The notes below the pieces were generated by a model. It saw only the letters and a program-made list of their open reading frames with translations. It made no database searches and was not told the origin of the DNA. DNA of 56,444 nucleotides from a virus (taxonomy: Duplodnaviria > Caudoviricetes), in the IMG/VR virus record IMGVR_UViG_3300019360_000010, positions 1 through 56,444 of that record. One strand, written 5' to 3'. Numbering within the stretch: the stretch's first letter is position 1; each line of letters opens with the position of its first letter. Positions 34,303-43,444 of this stretch are shown here, in pieces. The translations under genes and the position numbers were made by a program.

Positions 34303-35678
34303 TGAAGCGCTTGATCGCCGGGCTCTTCGGGCTGCTGTTCGCGGCCGAGGTCTCGGCGCAGTCGTTCACCGGGACCGTTCAGAACCACGCCATCCCGATC
34401 GGCAAGGGACCGGGCGTCAGTGGGATGACGAGCCTGCTGCCCGGTTCTACGAACACGCTGCTGCGATCCAATGGACCGTCCGCCGATCCGAGCTACGCGT
34501 CGGTCGCGGTCGTCCTTGATACGATCTGCACGGCGCGCGGATCGTTATTGTTCCGCAACGCGACGGTCTGGACCTGTCTGCCGCCCGGAACGAACGGTCA
34601 ACCGCTGCTGACGCAGGGCGCGGGTGCCGATCCGATCTATGGCACCGTCACCGTGCCGTTTGGCGGCACCGGGTTGACCTCGGGATCGGCCGGCGGCGTC
34701 CTGGCGTTTTCCACGCCGACCACGCTGGTGTCGTCCTCCGCGCTCACCTCTAACGCGCTCGTGCTCGGTGGTGGTGCCGGATCGCCGCCGGGCACGCCGG
34801 TATCGCTCGGTACCACCACGCTCGTCCTACACGGCAACGCGGCCGGTCCGCCGACCTGGGGCACGGTCGACATGGCCAACTCGGTCAGCGGGGTGCTGGC
34901 CTCGGCGAACGGCGGCACCGACACCGGCACGGTCACGCAGGGCGACCTGCTGTACGGCAGCACCACGACCGGTTGGAGCCGACTGTCGAAGAGCGCCACG
35001 GCGACGCGGTACCTGTCGAACCAGGGCGCGTCTAACGGTCCGGCGTGGTCGCAGGTCAACCTGCCGGACGGCGTGACGGGCGTCCTCCCCGAAGCGAACG
35101 GTGGCACGAACCAGTCCACCTACGCGCAGGGTGACCTGCTGTATGCGTCGGCCGCGAACGTCCTTAGCAAGCTGGCGAAGAACACCACGGCGACGCGGTA
35201 CCTGTCGAACACCGGCGCGTCGAACGCACCGCAGTGGGATCAGATCACGCTGACGACCGGTGCCAGTGACTATGCCGAGGGATCGTGGACGCCGGTTATC
35301 GCGGGCAGCACCACGGCTGGTACGCAGACTTACACGGTTCAGGTCGGGCGGTACGTTCGGATCGGCAACAACGTCACGGTTCACGGCCGCGTCACGACCT
35401 CGGCGATCGGCGGTACGATCGCGGGGAACGTCCTTATCACCGGGCTGCCGTTCACCGCGCGAAACGTCACGAACCTACTTCCGGCCTGCTCGCTCGGCAA
35501 CGTCAACAACGTGACGTTGACCGGCGGCTATTTCTTTTGGACGGCGATCGTCGGACCCAGCACCACGTCGATCGCCATAGTCGAGAACCGATCGGCGAAC
35601 ACGGCTCAAAGCATCCCGGTCGCGGCGCTCGGCGCGGCGACGGACATCATCATCACCTGCAACTACCTGATCAACTGA
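34299..35678 (+). CDS. Tail-fibre-like protein with N-terminal signal peptide
   Basis: MMKRLIAGLFGLLFAAEVSA|Q; repeated GVL..ANGGT...QGDLLY; C-terminal YAEGSWTP...GRYVRIGN.V...I.GLPF module. Confidence 0.8.
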   Translation: MMKRLIAGLFGLLFAAEVSAQSFTGTVQNHAIPIGKGPGVSGMTSLLPGSTNTLLRSNGPSADPSYASVAVVLDTICTARGSLLFRNATVWTCLPPGTNGQPLLTQGAGADPIYGTVTVPFGGTGLTSGSAGGVLAFSTPTTLVSSSALTSNALVLGGGAGSPPGTPVSLGTTTLVLHGNAAGPPTWGTVDMANSVSGVLASANGGTDTGTVTQGDLLYGSTTTGWSRLSKSATATRYLSNQGASNGPAWSQVNLPDGVTGVLPEANGGTNQSTYAQGDLLYASAANVLSKLAKNTTATRYLSNTGASNAPQWDQITLTTGASDYAEGSWTPVIAGSTTAGTQTYTVQVGRYVRIGNNVTVHGRVTTSAIGGTIAGNVLITGLPFTARNVTNLLPACSLGNVNNVTLTGGYFFWTAIVGPSTTSIAIVENRSANTAQSIPVAALGAATDIIITCNYLIN

Positions 35679-36235
35679 TGGCCAAGCGCACGCCGGCATA
35701 TCCGACGTTGAAGACGGGCGAGCGTACAAAGTACGCGCCTGAGTTCGATGATCTCGCGTTTCGTGCTAAGCTGCTGGGCGCGACCGATGAGCAGCTCGCC
35801 AAGATGCTGCGCGTGTCGGCCACTTCGATCTCGCGCTGGCGCAACACGATCGAGTCGTTCGATCTCGCCTGCCGGAAGGGCGAGCTGGAGGCGGACACGC
35901 GCGTCGCCGAAGCGCTGTACAACCGGGCGATCGGGACGATCGTCACCGATCAGGTCGCGATCAAGGTGAAGAAGGGCAAGGATCTCGAGGAGGTAGAAGT
36001 CATCGATCTCGAGAAGACGATCCCGCCCGACACGACCGCGCAGATGTTCTGGTTGAGGAACCGCGCGCGTCGACGCTGGCAGTCGCAGCCCGACGAGAGC
36101 GACGATGACGAACGTCCGACGCGCGACGTGCGCATCACCTTCATCTCCCCTGGTAGCGTGCAGGTCGTACCGCCGGGGAAGTCGCTGATGCCCGCGTTCG
36201 TTGACGTGACGCCGAAGGGTACGGCCGATGATTGA
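35678..36235 (+). CDS. terS: Terminase small subunit
   Basis: TKY, HTH, V..ALY.RA.G, PPDTTAQMFWL.NR; directly upstream of terL. Confidence 0.85.
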   Translation: MAKRTPAYPTLKTGERTKYAPEFDDLAFRAKLLGATDEQLAKMLRVSATSISRWRNTIESFDLACRKGELEADTRVAEALYNRAIGTIVTDQVAIKVKKGKDLEEVEVIDLEKTIPPDTTAQMFWLRNRARRRWQSQPDESDDDERPTRDVRITFISPGSVQVVPPGKSLMPAFVDVTPKGTADD

Positions 36236-37550
36236 GGAAGTTGAGGACGTACCGATCGGGGCTCAGTTCCCCGAGATCACGCGGTTCCTCTTCGATCCGA
36301 AGCGGTTCAAGATAGCGTACGGCGGTCGCGGTGCCGCGAAGTCATGGAACTTCGCCCGGGCGTTATTGATCAAGGGATACCAGAGCAAGAAACGTATCCT
36401 CTGCTGCCGTGAGTATCAGAACACGCTCGCGGACTCGTCGCATCAGCTTCTCCAGGATCAGATACGGTTGCTGGATCTGACGGATCACTACCGGATCTTC
36501 GAGAACAAGATCGAAGGTGCGAACGGAACCAAGTTCAGGTTCTTCGGGTTGCGCAAACAGTTCAACGAGATCGCGTCGTTCGAAGCGATCGACATCGTCT
36601 GGGTGGAAGAAGCGAACACCACCTCGAAGGCATCGTGGACAAAGCTGATCCCCACGATCCGAAAGGACGGCTCCGAGATCTGGGTCTCGTTCAACCCGGA
36701 GCTGGACACCGACGAGACCTACAAGCTGTTCGTTGTCAACACGCCACCGGACGCGGCCGTCGTGAAGATGACCTGGCAGCACAACCCGTGGTTCCCGAAG
36801 GTCCTGAATGAGGCTCGTCTTCACGATCGTCGGACGAAGCCGGAGGACGAGTATCTTCACGTCTGGGAAGGTCAGTGCCTGCGATGGCTTGAGGGTGCGG
36901 TGTTCGCCGAAGAGATGCGCGCGGCCGAACTGGCGGGTCGCATCACCAAGGTCCCGTACTTCGTCGGGTCGCCGGTGGACACGGTGTGGGACCTCGGGCG
37001 CGGCGACAACACGTCGATCTGGTTCCGGCAGCGTGTCGGGATGGAGTGGCGGTACATCGACTTCTACGAGAACAACCGTAAGCACATCTCGCACTACCTC
37101 GAGGAGCTACAGCGCCGGAGCTACGTGTACGGCACGCACTACCTTCCGCACGACGGTGAGGCCGAGCAGCTCGGTAGCAAGATGACGGTAGAAGAGCAGG
37201 TCCGCGCGGTGTTCCCGGGGAAGGTCCGGGTCATCCCGGCGCAGTCCACGCAGGACCAGCTCAACGCGGCGCGCACGACGTTTCCCAACTCGTACTTCGA
37301 TCAGGAGAAATGCACGGACGGTCTGCAGCACCTTCGTTATTGGAAGTATAAGATTGATCCGCACACGCGTCAGCGGAACCGAGAACCGGAACACGACATT
37401 CATTCGCACGCGTCGAAAGCCTACATCTACTCGGCACTGACATCGTTAGCGAAGGTGGCGAAGAAGCTAGACCTCGAGCCGCCGGTCGAACGCCGCAAGG
37501 TTCAGCTCGGTGATCTGTCATCGAGCGCTAACCAAGCTTGGATGGGCTGA
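36228..37550 (+). CDS. terL: Terminase large subunit (PBSX-type)
   Basis: YGGRGAAKS, CCRE.QN, WVEEA, SFNP, WDLG, LPHDG. Confidence 0.95.
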   Translation: MIEEVEDVPIGAQFPEITRFLFDPKRFKIAYGGRGAAKSWNFARALLIKGYQSKKRILCCREYQNTLADSSHQLLQDQIRLLDLTDHYRIFENKIEGANGTKFRFFGLRKQFNEIASFEAIDIVWVEEANTTSKASWTKLIPTIRKDGSEIWVSFNPELDTDETYKLFVVNTPPDAAVVKMTWQHNPWFPKVLNEARLHDRRTKPEDEYLHVWEGQCLRWLEGAVFAEEMRAAELAGRITKVPYFVGSPVDTVWDLGRGDNTSIWFRQRVGMEWRYIDFYENNRKHISHYLEELQRRSYVYGTHYLPHDGEAEQLGSKMTVEEQVRAVFPGKVRVIPAQSTQDQLNAARTTFPNSYFDQEKCTDGLQHLRYWKYKIDPHTRQRNREPEHDIHSHASKAYIYSALTSLAKVAKKLDLEPPVERRKVQLGDLSSSANQAWMG

Positions 37551-37552
37551 TC

Positions 37553-39619
37553 ATGGCGCGTCGCGGTACCGATACCGAAGTTATCATGGAAGCGAAGGGA
37601 AACTTCACACGGACCGCGCGGTGGGAGTCGTACGCGCGTCGCAACTTTCTCGAGGACCTTAAGTTCGCCGAGGCAGACGCGGACAACGCGTATCAGTGGC
37701 CGAACGACATCCGGCGCAACCGGGAGATCGACCAGCGCCCGTGTCTTACCATCAACAAGACACGTCAGTTCAACCTTCAGATCTTGAACGACATGCGCGA
37801 CAACAAACCGTCGCCGAAGGTGATCGCGGTTGGCAGTGAGTCCAACAAGGCTTCGGCTGACATCTTTCAGGGCGTCATCCGCCACATCGAAGACATCAGC
37901 AACGCCGACGCGACGTATCAGCTCGCGGCCGACTTCCAGGTGAAGGCCGGGATCGGATATTGGCGACTGGAGACGGGATACGCGGCGGGGAACACGTTCG
38001 ATCAAGAGATCTTTATCCGGCCGATCCTCGATCCGTTGTCGGTGTACATGGACCCCGACATCAAGGAGAAGGATGGGTCAGACGCGAAGTTCGCGTTTCA
38101 TTTCGAGAACATGTTGAAGACCGAGTTCAACGAACGTTACCCGAAGTTCAAGAACAAGGGCGCGCAGTCGATTTTTGGCGACTTCAGCTACCGGACGGAC
38201 GACGATCACTACCGCGTCTGCGAGTACTACCGGCGTGTGGACGAAGAAGATACGTTGATCTTCATGCCGGACGTGAACCAGTTCGTCCGTGAGTCGACGA
38301 TCCGAAAGCTAGGTGCCGACAACCTGACGCGAAAGCTGCTGGACGAAGATCGCATCCAGCGCCGGACGATCATCACGACGCGGATCGAGTGGTACGTGAT
38401 GTCAGGCATGCAGATCCTCGAAGAGGGTGAGATCGTCGGCACGTACATCCCGATCATCCGCGTTCCGGGCGAGGAGTCGATCATCGACGGTCGGATGGAT
38501 CGAAAGGGTCACACGCGCGCGCTCAAAGATCCTCAGCGCATGTACAACTACTGGTCCTCGTCGGCCGTCGAAGCGTTGGCGATCCAGACCAAGACACCAT
38601 GGCTCGCGCCGGCTGCTGCGATCGAAAACTACGAGGTGTACTGGCGTCAGGCGAACCGGGCGAACACCTCCGTTCTGCCGTACAACAACCGCGATGACGA
38701 CGGCAACGAGATCGCGCCGCCGCAGCGGATCAACCCGCCGACGATGCCGTCCGGCTTCATGTCCGGCATGGAAGTCGCCAACAACGAGATGATGATGGCG
38801 TCGGGCCAGTACCAGTCGATGATGGGACAGCCGGCGAACGAGCGGACGGGCAAGGCGATCAACAACCGGCAACGTCAGGGTGATCGCGCAACGCTTCACT
38901 ACGCGGACAACCTGGGACTGGCGATCCGTCACACCGGCCGCGTCCTCGTTCAGTGGGTGCCGTTGATCTACGACACCGCGCGGGTCATCCGCATCCTTGG
39001 CGAAGACGGTACCGAGGACCAGGTGACCGTCAATCCGCAGGCGGCGCAGGCGATGACGCAGCAGCGAAACGTGCTGACCGGTCAAGTCCAGAAGATCTTC
39101 AACCCGAAGGTCGGCCGGTACGACGTGCGCGTCACGATCGGACCGTCGTACGCGACGCGGCGTCAGGAAGCGTTCGACGCGCTGATGATGATCATCGCGC
39201 AGAACCAGCAGATCGCACCGCTCATCTCCGACCTGGCCTTTCGCAGCGCCGACTTCCCTGGGTCGGAGGAACTGGCCGATCGGCTCAAGCGAACGGTGCC
39301 GCCGGAAGTTCTCGGCGAAGCGCCACCGCCAAACGTTCAAGCGATGCAGGCGCAGGTCGCTCAGCTCCAGCAGCTCGTAGAGACGTTGACCGCGACGATG
39401 CAGGAGAAGGATCTGAAGTACAAGAAGCTCGAGGCCGATCGCGAGATCGAGGGGTACCGCGCGATCAGCGATCGGATGAAGGTGCTGGGCGCGGGCATGA
39501 CGCCGGATCAGGTCCTCGCGACCGTGCAACAGCTACTGGTGAACGCTCAGCTGATCAACATCGAACCGGAAACGGTCGAGCCGCAGATCGCGCCGATGCC
39601 GAACGGTCAGGGGATGTGA
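37553..39619 (+). CDS. P22-like portal protein
   Basis: QWP...RPCLTINK, KDPQRMYNY, TGKAI..RQ.QG, G.YDV....GPSY.TRRQEA. Confidence 0.93.
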   Translation: MARRGTDTEVIMEAKGNFTRTARWESYARRNFLEDLKFAEADADNAYQWPNDIRRNREIDQRPCLTINKTRQFNLQILNDMRDNKPSPKVIAVGSESNKASADIFQGVIRHIEDISNADATYQLAADFQVKAGIGYWRLETGYAAGNTFDQEIFIRPILDPLSVYMDPDIKEKDGSDAKFAFHFENMLKTEFNERYPKFKNKGAQSIFGDFSYRTDDDHYRVCEYYRRVDEEDTLIFMPDVNQFVRESTIRKLGADNLTRKLLDEDRIQRRTIITTRIEWYVMSGMQILEEGEIVGTYIPIIRVPGEESIIDGRMDRKGHTRALKDPQRMYNYWSSSAVEALAIQTKTPWLAPAAAIENYEVYWRQANRANTSVLPYNNRDDDGNEIAPPQRINPPTMPSGFMSGMEVANNEMMMASGQYQSMMGQPANERTGKAINNRQRQGDRATLHYADNLGLAIRHTGRVLVQWVPLIYDTARVIRILGEDGTEDQVTVNPQAAQAMTQQRNVLTGQVQKIFNPKVGRYDVRVTIGPSYATRRQEAFDALMMIIAQNQQIAPLISDLAFRSADFPGSEELADRLKRTVPPEVLGEAPPPNVQAMQAQVAQLQQLVETLTATMQEKDLKYKKLEADREIEGYRAISDRMKVLGAGMTPDQVLATVQQLLVNAQLINIEPETVEPQIAPMPNGQGM

Positions 39620-39909
39620 TGAGACGTAACGCGCACTGGCGGATATCGAAGGTCGCCCGGGTCATCGCCGCCGAGATGTACGAGTCGTACATGACCGACG
39701 CGATCTTTGCCAAGCTGCATCCGAACCGGACGAACTGGGTCAACGTGAACTATCACTTGTTCCTCATGCCGGCGCGCGCGGCGCTGGCACAGTCGTTGAC
39801 GTCTACCGCCTTGTCCGAGAACGACAAGGAAGAGATCATCGACGCGCTGGCGCTCGATCAGACGTTCATCGATCGTAAGAAACCGCGCGTCGGCATCATC
39901 CGAGCGTAA
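39619..39909 (+). CDS. Hypothetical head-module protein
   Basis: TGATG coupling; MRRNAHWRI...IIDALALD. Confidence 0.65.
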   Translation: MRRNAHWRISKVARVIAAEMYESYMTDAIFAKLHPNRTNWVNVNYHLFLMPARAALAQSLTSTALSENDKEEIIDALALDQTFIDRKKPRVGIIRA

Positions 39910-39922
39910 AAAGGAGAGTGCA

Positions 39923-40804
39923 ATGGACAAGATCTGGTATCGACGGCTGTTCGACACGGCGAACGAGGGTGGCGGTGGTGGCGCCGATCCGGCCGCGCCG
40001 GCCGCGCCCGCGAAGACCGAGGAGAGCGGCGATCCGGCCGCGCCGGCCGCGCCGGTAAAGGTTACGCCGGCACCGGACGCGTGGAAGGACCAGCGCATCA
40101 GCGAGCTGACGTTCCAGAAGGCGCAGGAAAAGCAGCTGCGCGACGCGGCCGACGCCGAGAACAAGCGGCTGAAGGCTCGTCTCGCGGCGGCGAACCTCAC
40201 CGAGGAAGTTGGCGATGCGGCACCGGAGTCGGTGACGCCGCGTCAGCAACCGACGCGTCAGGTCAACGACGAGGATATCGCGAAGGTCGCCGACGTGTTG
40301 GCCGACAGCAAGGCGGCCAAGATCCTCTTCGACAAACAGTGCAACGACACCTTCAGCCGGGGCACGGTGGCGTACAAAGACTTCAAGGAGTCGATCGACA
40401 CACTGAAGCAGACCGGGTTCACGGATAACCGGGAAGCGCTGGAGACCGCTGTGAACCTGCCCGATCCCGAGGACGTGATGTACTTCCTCGGGAAGAACCC
40501 GATCCGCGCGCAGCAGATCGCGGCGATGCCCGCGATGGCCCGGACCGTCGCGCTGGTACAGATCAGCAACGATCTGAAGGCCGCGAAGAACACGGGCGTG
40601 GTTGAAGCTGGCTCGGGCGTGGTTCCGAGCGACGGCAGGACCGTGACGCTGACCGGCGCTCCCGCGCCCGTCCGCACGCTGCGTGGCGGCACGGCCGCCG
40701 CCGGTCAGGTCGATCTCTACGACACGAAGAACGTGTCGATGGATGATTGGGTCAAGAAGCGCGACGCCGACGTGGCCGCGCGTCGCGCTGCACGAGCCAG
40801 CTGA
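39923..40804 (+). CDS. Scaffolding protein
   Basis: Between portal and coat genes; Pro/Ala-rich N-terminus, RI.ELT coiled coil, Y.LGKNP. Confidence 0.8.
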   Translation: MDKIWYRRLFDTANEGGGGGADPAAPAAPAKTEESGDPAAPAAPVKVTPAPDAWKDQRISELTFQKAQEKQLRDAADAENKRLKARLAAANLTEEVGDAAPESVTPRQQPTRQVNDEDIAKVADVLADSKAAKILFDKQCNDTFSRGTVAYKDFKESIDTLKQTGFTDNREALETAVNLPDPEDVMYFLGKNPIRAQQIAAMPAMARTVALVQISNDLKAAKNTGVVEAGSGVVPSDGRTVTLTGAPAPVRTLRGGTAAAGQVDLYDTKNVSMDDWVKKRDADVAARRAARAS

Positions 40805-40842
40805 CCCGTTCTCGTCGTAGCGAGCGACGGTAAGACTCGCTT

Positions 40843-40929
40843 CCGACCCGATCGGATCTATCGTCGGTGTTCTCGTCCCAGCCGAGGCTATCGCTGGTGT
40901 TCTCGTCCCGACCGAGGCTACAGTCGGTG
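40843..40929 (+). repeat. 30-bp tandem hairpin repeats upstream of the capsid gene
   Basis: Units 40858-40887, 40888-40917 and partial 40918-40929 with covarying stems. Confidence 0.75.
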
Positions 40930-40995
40930 CATCGCCTTAATCCGCTCAGCTTGGGCAGCCGAGCACGTATCAACTTCATCTTCAACGAGGGTTAG

Positions 40996-42210
40996 ATGAA
41001 CAGTCTTCTGACGATCGATATGATCACGCGGGAGGCGGTGCGGTTGTTCCGTAACAGCAACGCCTTCATCCAGAACATCAATCGACAGTACGACGACCAG
41101 TATGCACGCGACGGTGCCAAGATCGGCACCACGCTGCGCATCCGGTTGCCGAACGACTACACCGTCCGGACGGGCACCGCGCTTCAGGTCCAGTCCACGA
41201 CGGAACAGCAGATCACGATGACGCTCGCCACCCAGAAGGGTGTCGACGTCTCGTTCAGCACGGCCGAGCGCACCATGAGCTTGGACGACTATTCCGAGCG
41301 AGTGTTGTCGCCCATGATCAACAACCTGGCCGGTGACATCGCTAACGACATCATGTCGGGCAGCGAAACCGGGATCTGCAACTTCGTCTCGAACGTGGAC
41401 GGCTCGAACAACATCATCGCGCCGACCGCGACTCAATTCCTCGAGGCGGGTGCCTATCTCAACGACAACTCGGGTCCGATGGGTGACCGCAAGGTCATCA
41501 ACGATCCGTGGACCGACGCGCGTGTCGTCGGGTCGTTGACGGGGCTGTTCAATCCACAGCCGCAGATCAGTGAGCAGTACAAGACCGGTTCGATGCGCGG
41601 ACAGGCTCTTGGCTTCTCGAACTGGATGATGGATCAGACCGTCATCAAGCATCAGGCCGGTACTTTCACCGCCGGCACGGTGGCCGGTGCCAACCAGACC
41701 GGTACGACGCTGCTGCTGAACGCGATCACCGGCACGCTGAACGCTGGTGATATCATCACCATCGAGGGCGTGTACGCGGTCAACCGGGTCACCAAGGAGA
41801 CCACGGGCAAGCTTCGACAGTTTGCCGTTCAGTCGGACGTGGCGGCGCTCGGCACGTCGGTCACCCTGTACCCGGCGATCATCCCGGCGATCGCGGGCGT
41901 CAAGCAGCAGTACCAGACGGTTACGGCCTCGCCGGCCAACCTGGCCGCGCTGTCTCTGACGACGAAGGCCAGCGAGATCTACCGTCACAACATCGCATAC
42001 GCTCCGGATGCGGTGACGATGGCGACCGCTGACCTGGAACTACCGCGCGGCGTCCACGAGGCCGCGCGCGAGTCGTTCGACGGCGTGTCGATGCGCATGA
42101 TCACCGACTACCTCGTCGGTACCGATCAGATGATCACGCGGCTCGACATCCTCTACGGCTTCCTCTACGTGCGCCCCGAGTGGGGCTGCGTGGTGGCGGA
42201 CAAGATCTAA
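40996..42210 (+). CDS. Major capsid protein (P22 coat family)
   Basis: N.LLT.DMIT.EA, KIG.TL.IRLP, GDIITI.GV.AVN, RLD.LYG...RPEW. Confidence 0.93.
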   Translation: MNSLLTIDMITREAVRLFRNSNAFIQNINRQYDDQYARDGAKIGTTLRIRLPNDYTVRTGTALQVQSTTEQQITMTLATQKGVDVSFSTAERTMSLDDYSERVLSPMINNLAGDIANDIMSGSETGICNFVSNVDGSNNIIAPTATQFLEAGAYLNDNSGPMGDRKVINDPWTDARVVGSLTGLFNPQPQISEQYKTGSMRGQALGFSNWMMDQTVIKHQAGTFTAGTVAGANQTGTTLLLNAITGTLNAGDIITIEGVYAVNRVTKETTGKLRQFAVQSDVAALGTSVTLYPAIIPAIAGVKQQYQTVTASPANLAALSLTTKASEIYRHNIAYAPDAVTMATADLELPRGVHEAARESFDGVSMRMITDYLVGTDQMITRLDILYGFLYVRPEWGCVVADKI

Positions 42211-42241
42211 CCGATCTCGTTCGTCGTTTCCTCCCAAACTA

Positions 42242-42272
42242 CCGGGCGGCTTCGGCCGCCCGGCCTTCTTTC
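42242..42272 (+). terminator. Intrinsic terminator after the capsid gene
   Basis: CCGGGCGGC-TTCG-GCCGCCCGG followed by CCTTCTTT. Confidence 0.7.
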
Positions 42273-42291
42273 GATCGAAAGGTGCAGCAAC

Positions 42292-42522
42292 ATGCCGAAA
42301 CCAAAGATCTTCAACCGCTACGAGAACATGGAATTTCCGAAGTACGTGTTTCACGAGTACCCGAAGCTTCTCGGACCGGAGGGCAAGCGTGTGACCGTCC
42401 ACTCCCCTGAGGAAGAGGAAGCGACGCTGGCCAAGTTGAAATTGCCGGTGGGTCGCAAGAACAAGCTGTCGAACGAGACCGAAGCCGACCTGACTGAACA
42501 AGCGACCGAAGCAAAGGGCTGA
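42292..42522 (+). CDS. Small head-associated hypothetical protein
   Basis: EYPK.L....V....EEE pattern; follows the coat gene. Confidence 0.65.
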   Translation: MPKPKIFNRYENMEFPKYVFHEYPKLLGPEGKRVTVHSPEEEEATLAKLKLPVGRKNKLSNETEADLTEQATEAKG

Positions 42523-42525
42523 TCC

Positions 42526-43257
42526 ATGACCACCGCGCGAGATATCTGCCTTCAGGCTCTCAAGGACTCGGGCATCATCGGCGTCGGTCAAACGGCGTTG
42601 GCGGAAGACATCAACGACTCCTTTACGGCACTGAACCAGATGCTCGCGCAGTGGCGACGCAAGCGGTTTCTGATCCCGTACCTGAGCACCATCAGCAAGA
42701 TATCGACGGCCGCGCAGACCTACTCGATGGGGCCAGGGGGTGATTTTGACACGGGCACGGGCATCTCGCGCCCGGACAAGATCGAGTCAGCGTACTTCCG
42801 TCAGAAGACGGGGCAGCCGAACAACGAGGTGGACTTCGGTCTCACCATCATTCCGTCGCGCGAACAGTACAACCAGATCTCGTTGAAGACGCTTCAGACG
42901 TTTCCGAACTGGGTGTACTACGAACCGACGTTCCCGCTCGGCACGTTGTACTTTTGGCCGATCCCGCAGGCGAACATCTACGAGATGTTCGTATCGGTGA
43001 AATCGACACTGCAGCGGTTCGTCGATCTCAACACCATCATCGTGTTGCCCGAGGAATACGAGGCGGCGCTGCGGTTCTGTCTGGCGCAGCGGCTGCTGTT
43101 GATCTATCAGCTCCCGCCGAACGAGAACTTGATGCGATTGGCAAAGGACGCGCTCAACGTCGTGCGCGGCGCGAACGTCCAGCTTGCATCGCTCGAAGTT
43201 CAGTCTGAACTCATCCGTCCGGGTCTGTACAATGTATACTCGGACAGCATTTATTAA
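42526..43257 (+). CDS. Head-tail adaptor (P22 gp4-like)
   Basis: TARD....AL...G...G, LN.ML..W, LP.EY..AL...LA..L. Confidence 0.8.
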   Translation: MTTARDICLQALKDSGIIGVGQTALAEDINDSFTALNQMLAQWRRKRFLIPYLSTISKISTAAQTYSMGPGGDFDTGTGISRPDKIESAYFRQKTGQPNNEVDFGLTIIPSREQYNQISLKTLQTFPNWVYYEPTFPLGTLYFWPIPQANIYEMFVSVKSTLQRFVDLNTIIVLPEEYEAALRFCLAQRLLLIYQLPPNENLMRLAKDALNVVRGANVQLASLEVQSELIRPGLYNVYSDSIY

Positions 43258-43444
43258 GAGAGCGCTGTCGGCTGCGGAGTTCCGAGCGTTCATGACCGGC
43301 GAGGTCGCGTACGTTCGTCGCGCGCCGCTGAAAGGTTTCGTGTTGTACCACGCGGACGGGTCGATCGTCGCCGCCGATCCGGATGAGCTGAACTTGATCC
43401 GGATGTGTTGGAACAACGACGTGTTCTGTCAACGGGTTCACTGA
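43232..43444 (+). CDS. Possible small hypothetical protein
   Basis: Fills the gap, TGATG coupling to the next gene; start uncertain. Confidence 0.35.
   Translation: MYTRTAFIKRALSAAEFRAFMTGEVAYVRRAPLKGFVLYHADGSIVAADPDELNLIRMCWNNDVFCQRVH

Noticed and set aside
40858-40929. CRISPR mini-array
   Set aside because: Units abut with no unique spacers; no cas genes
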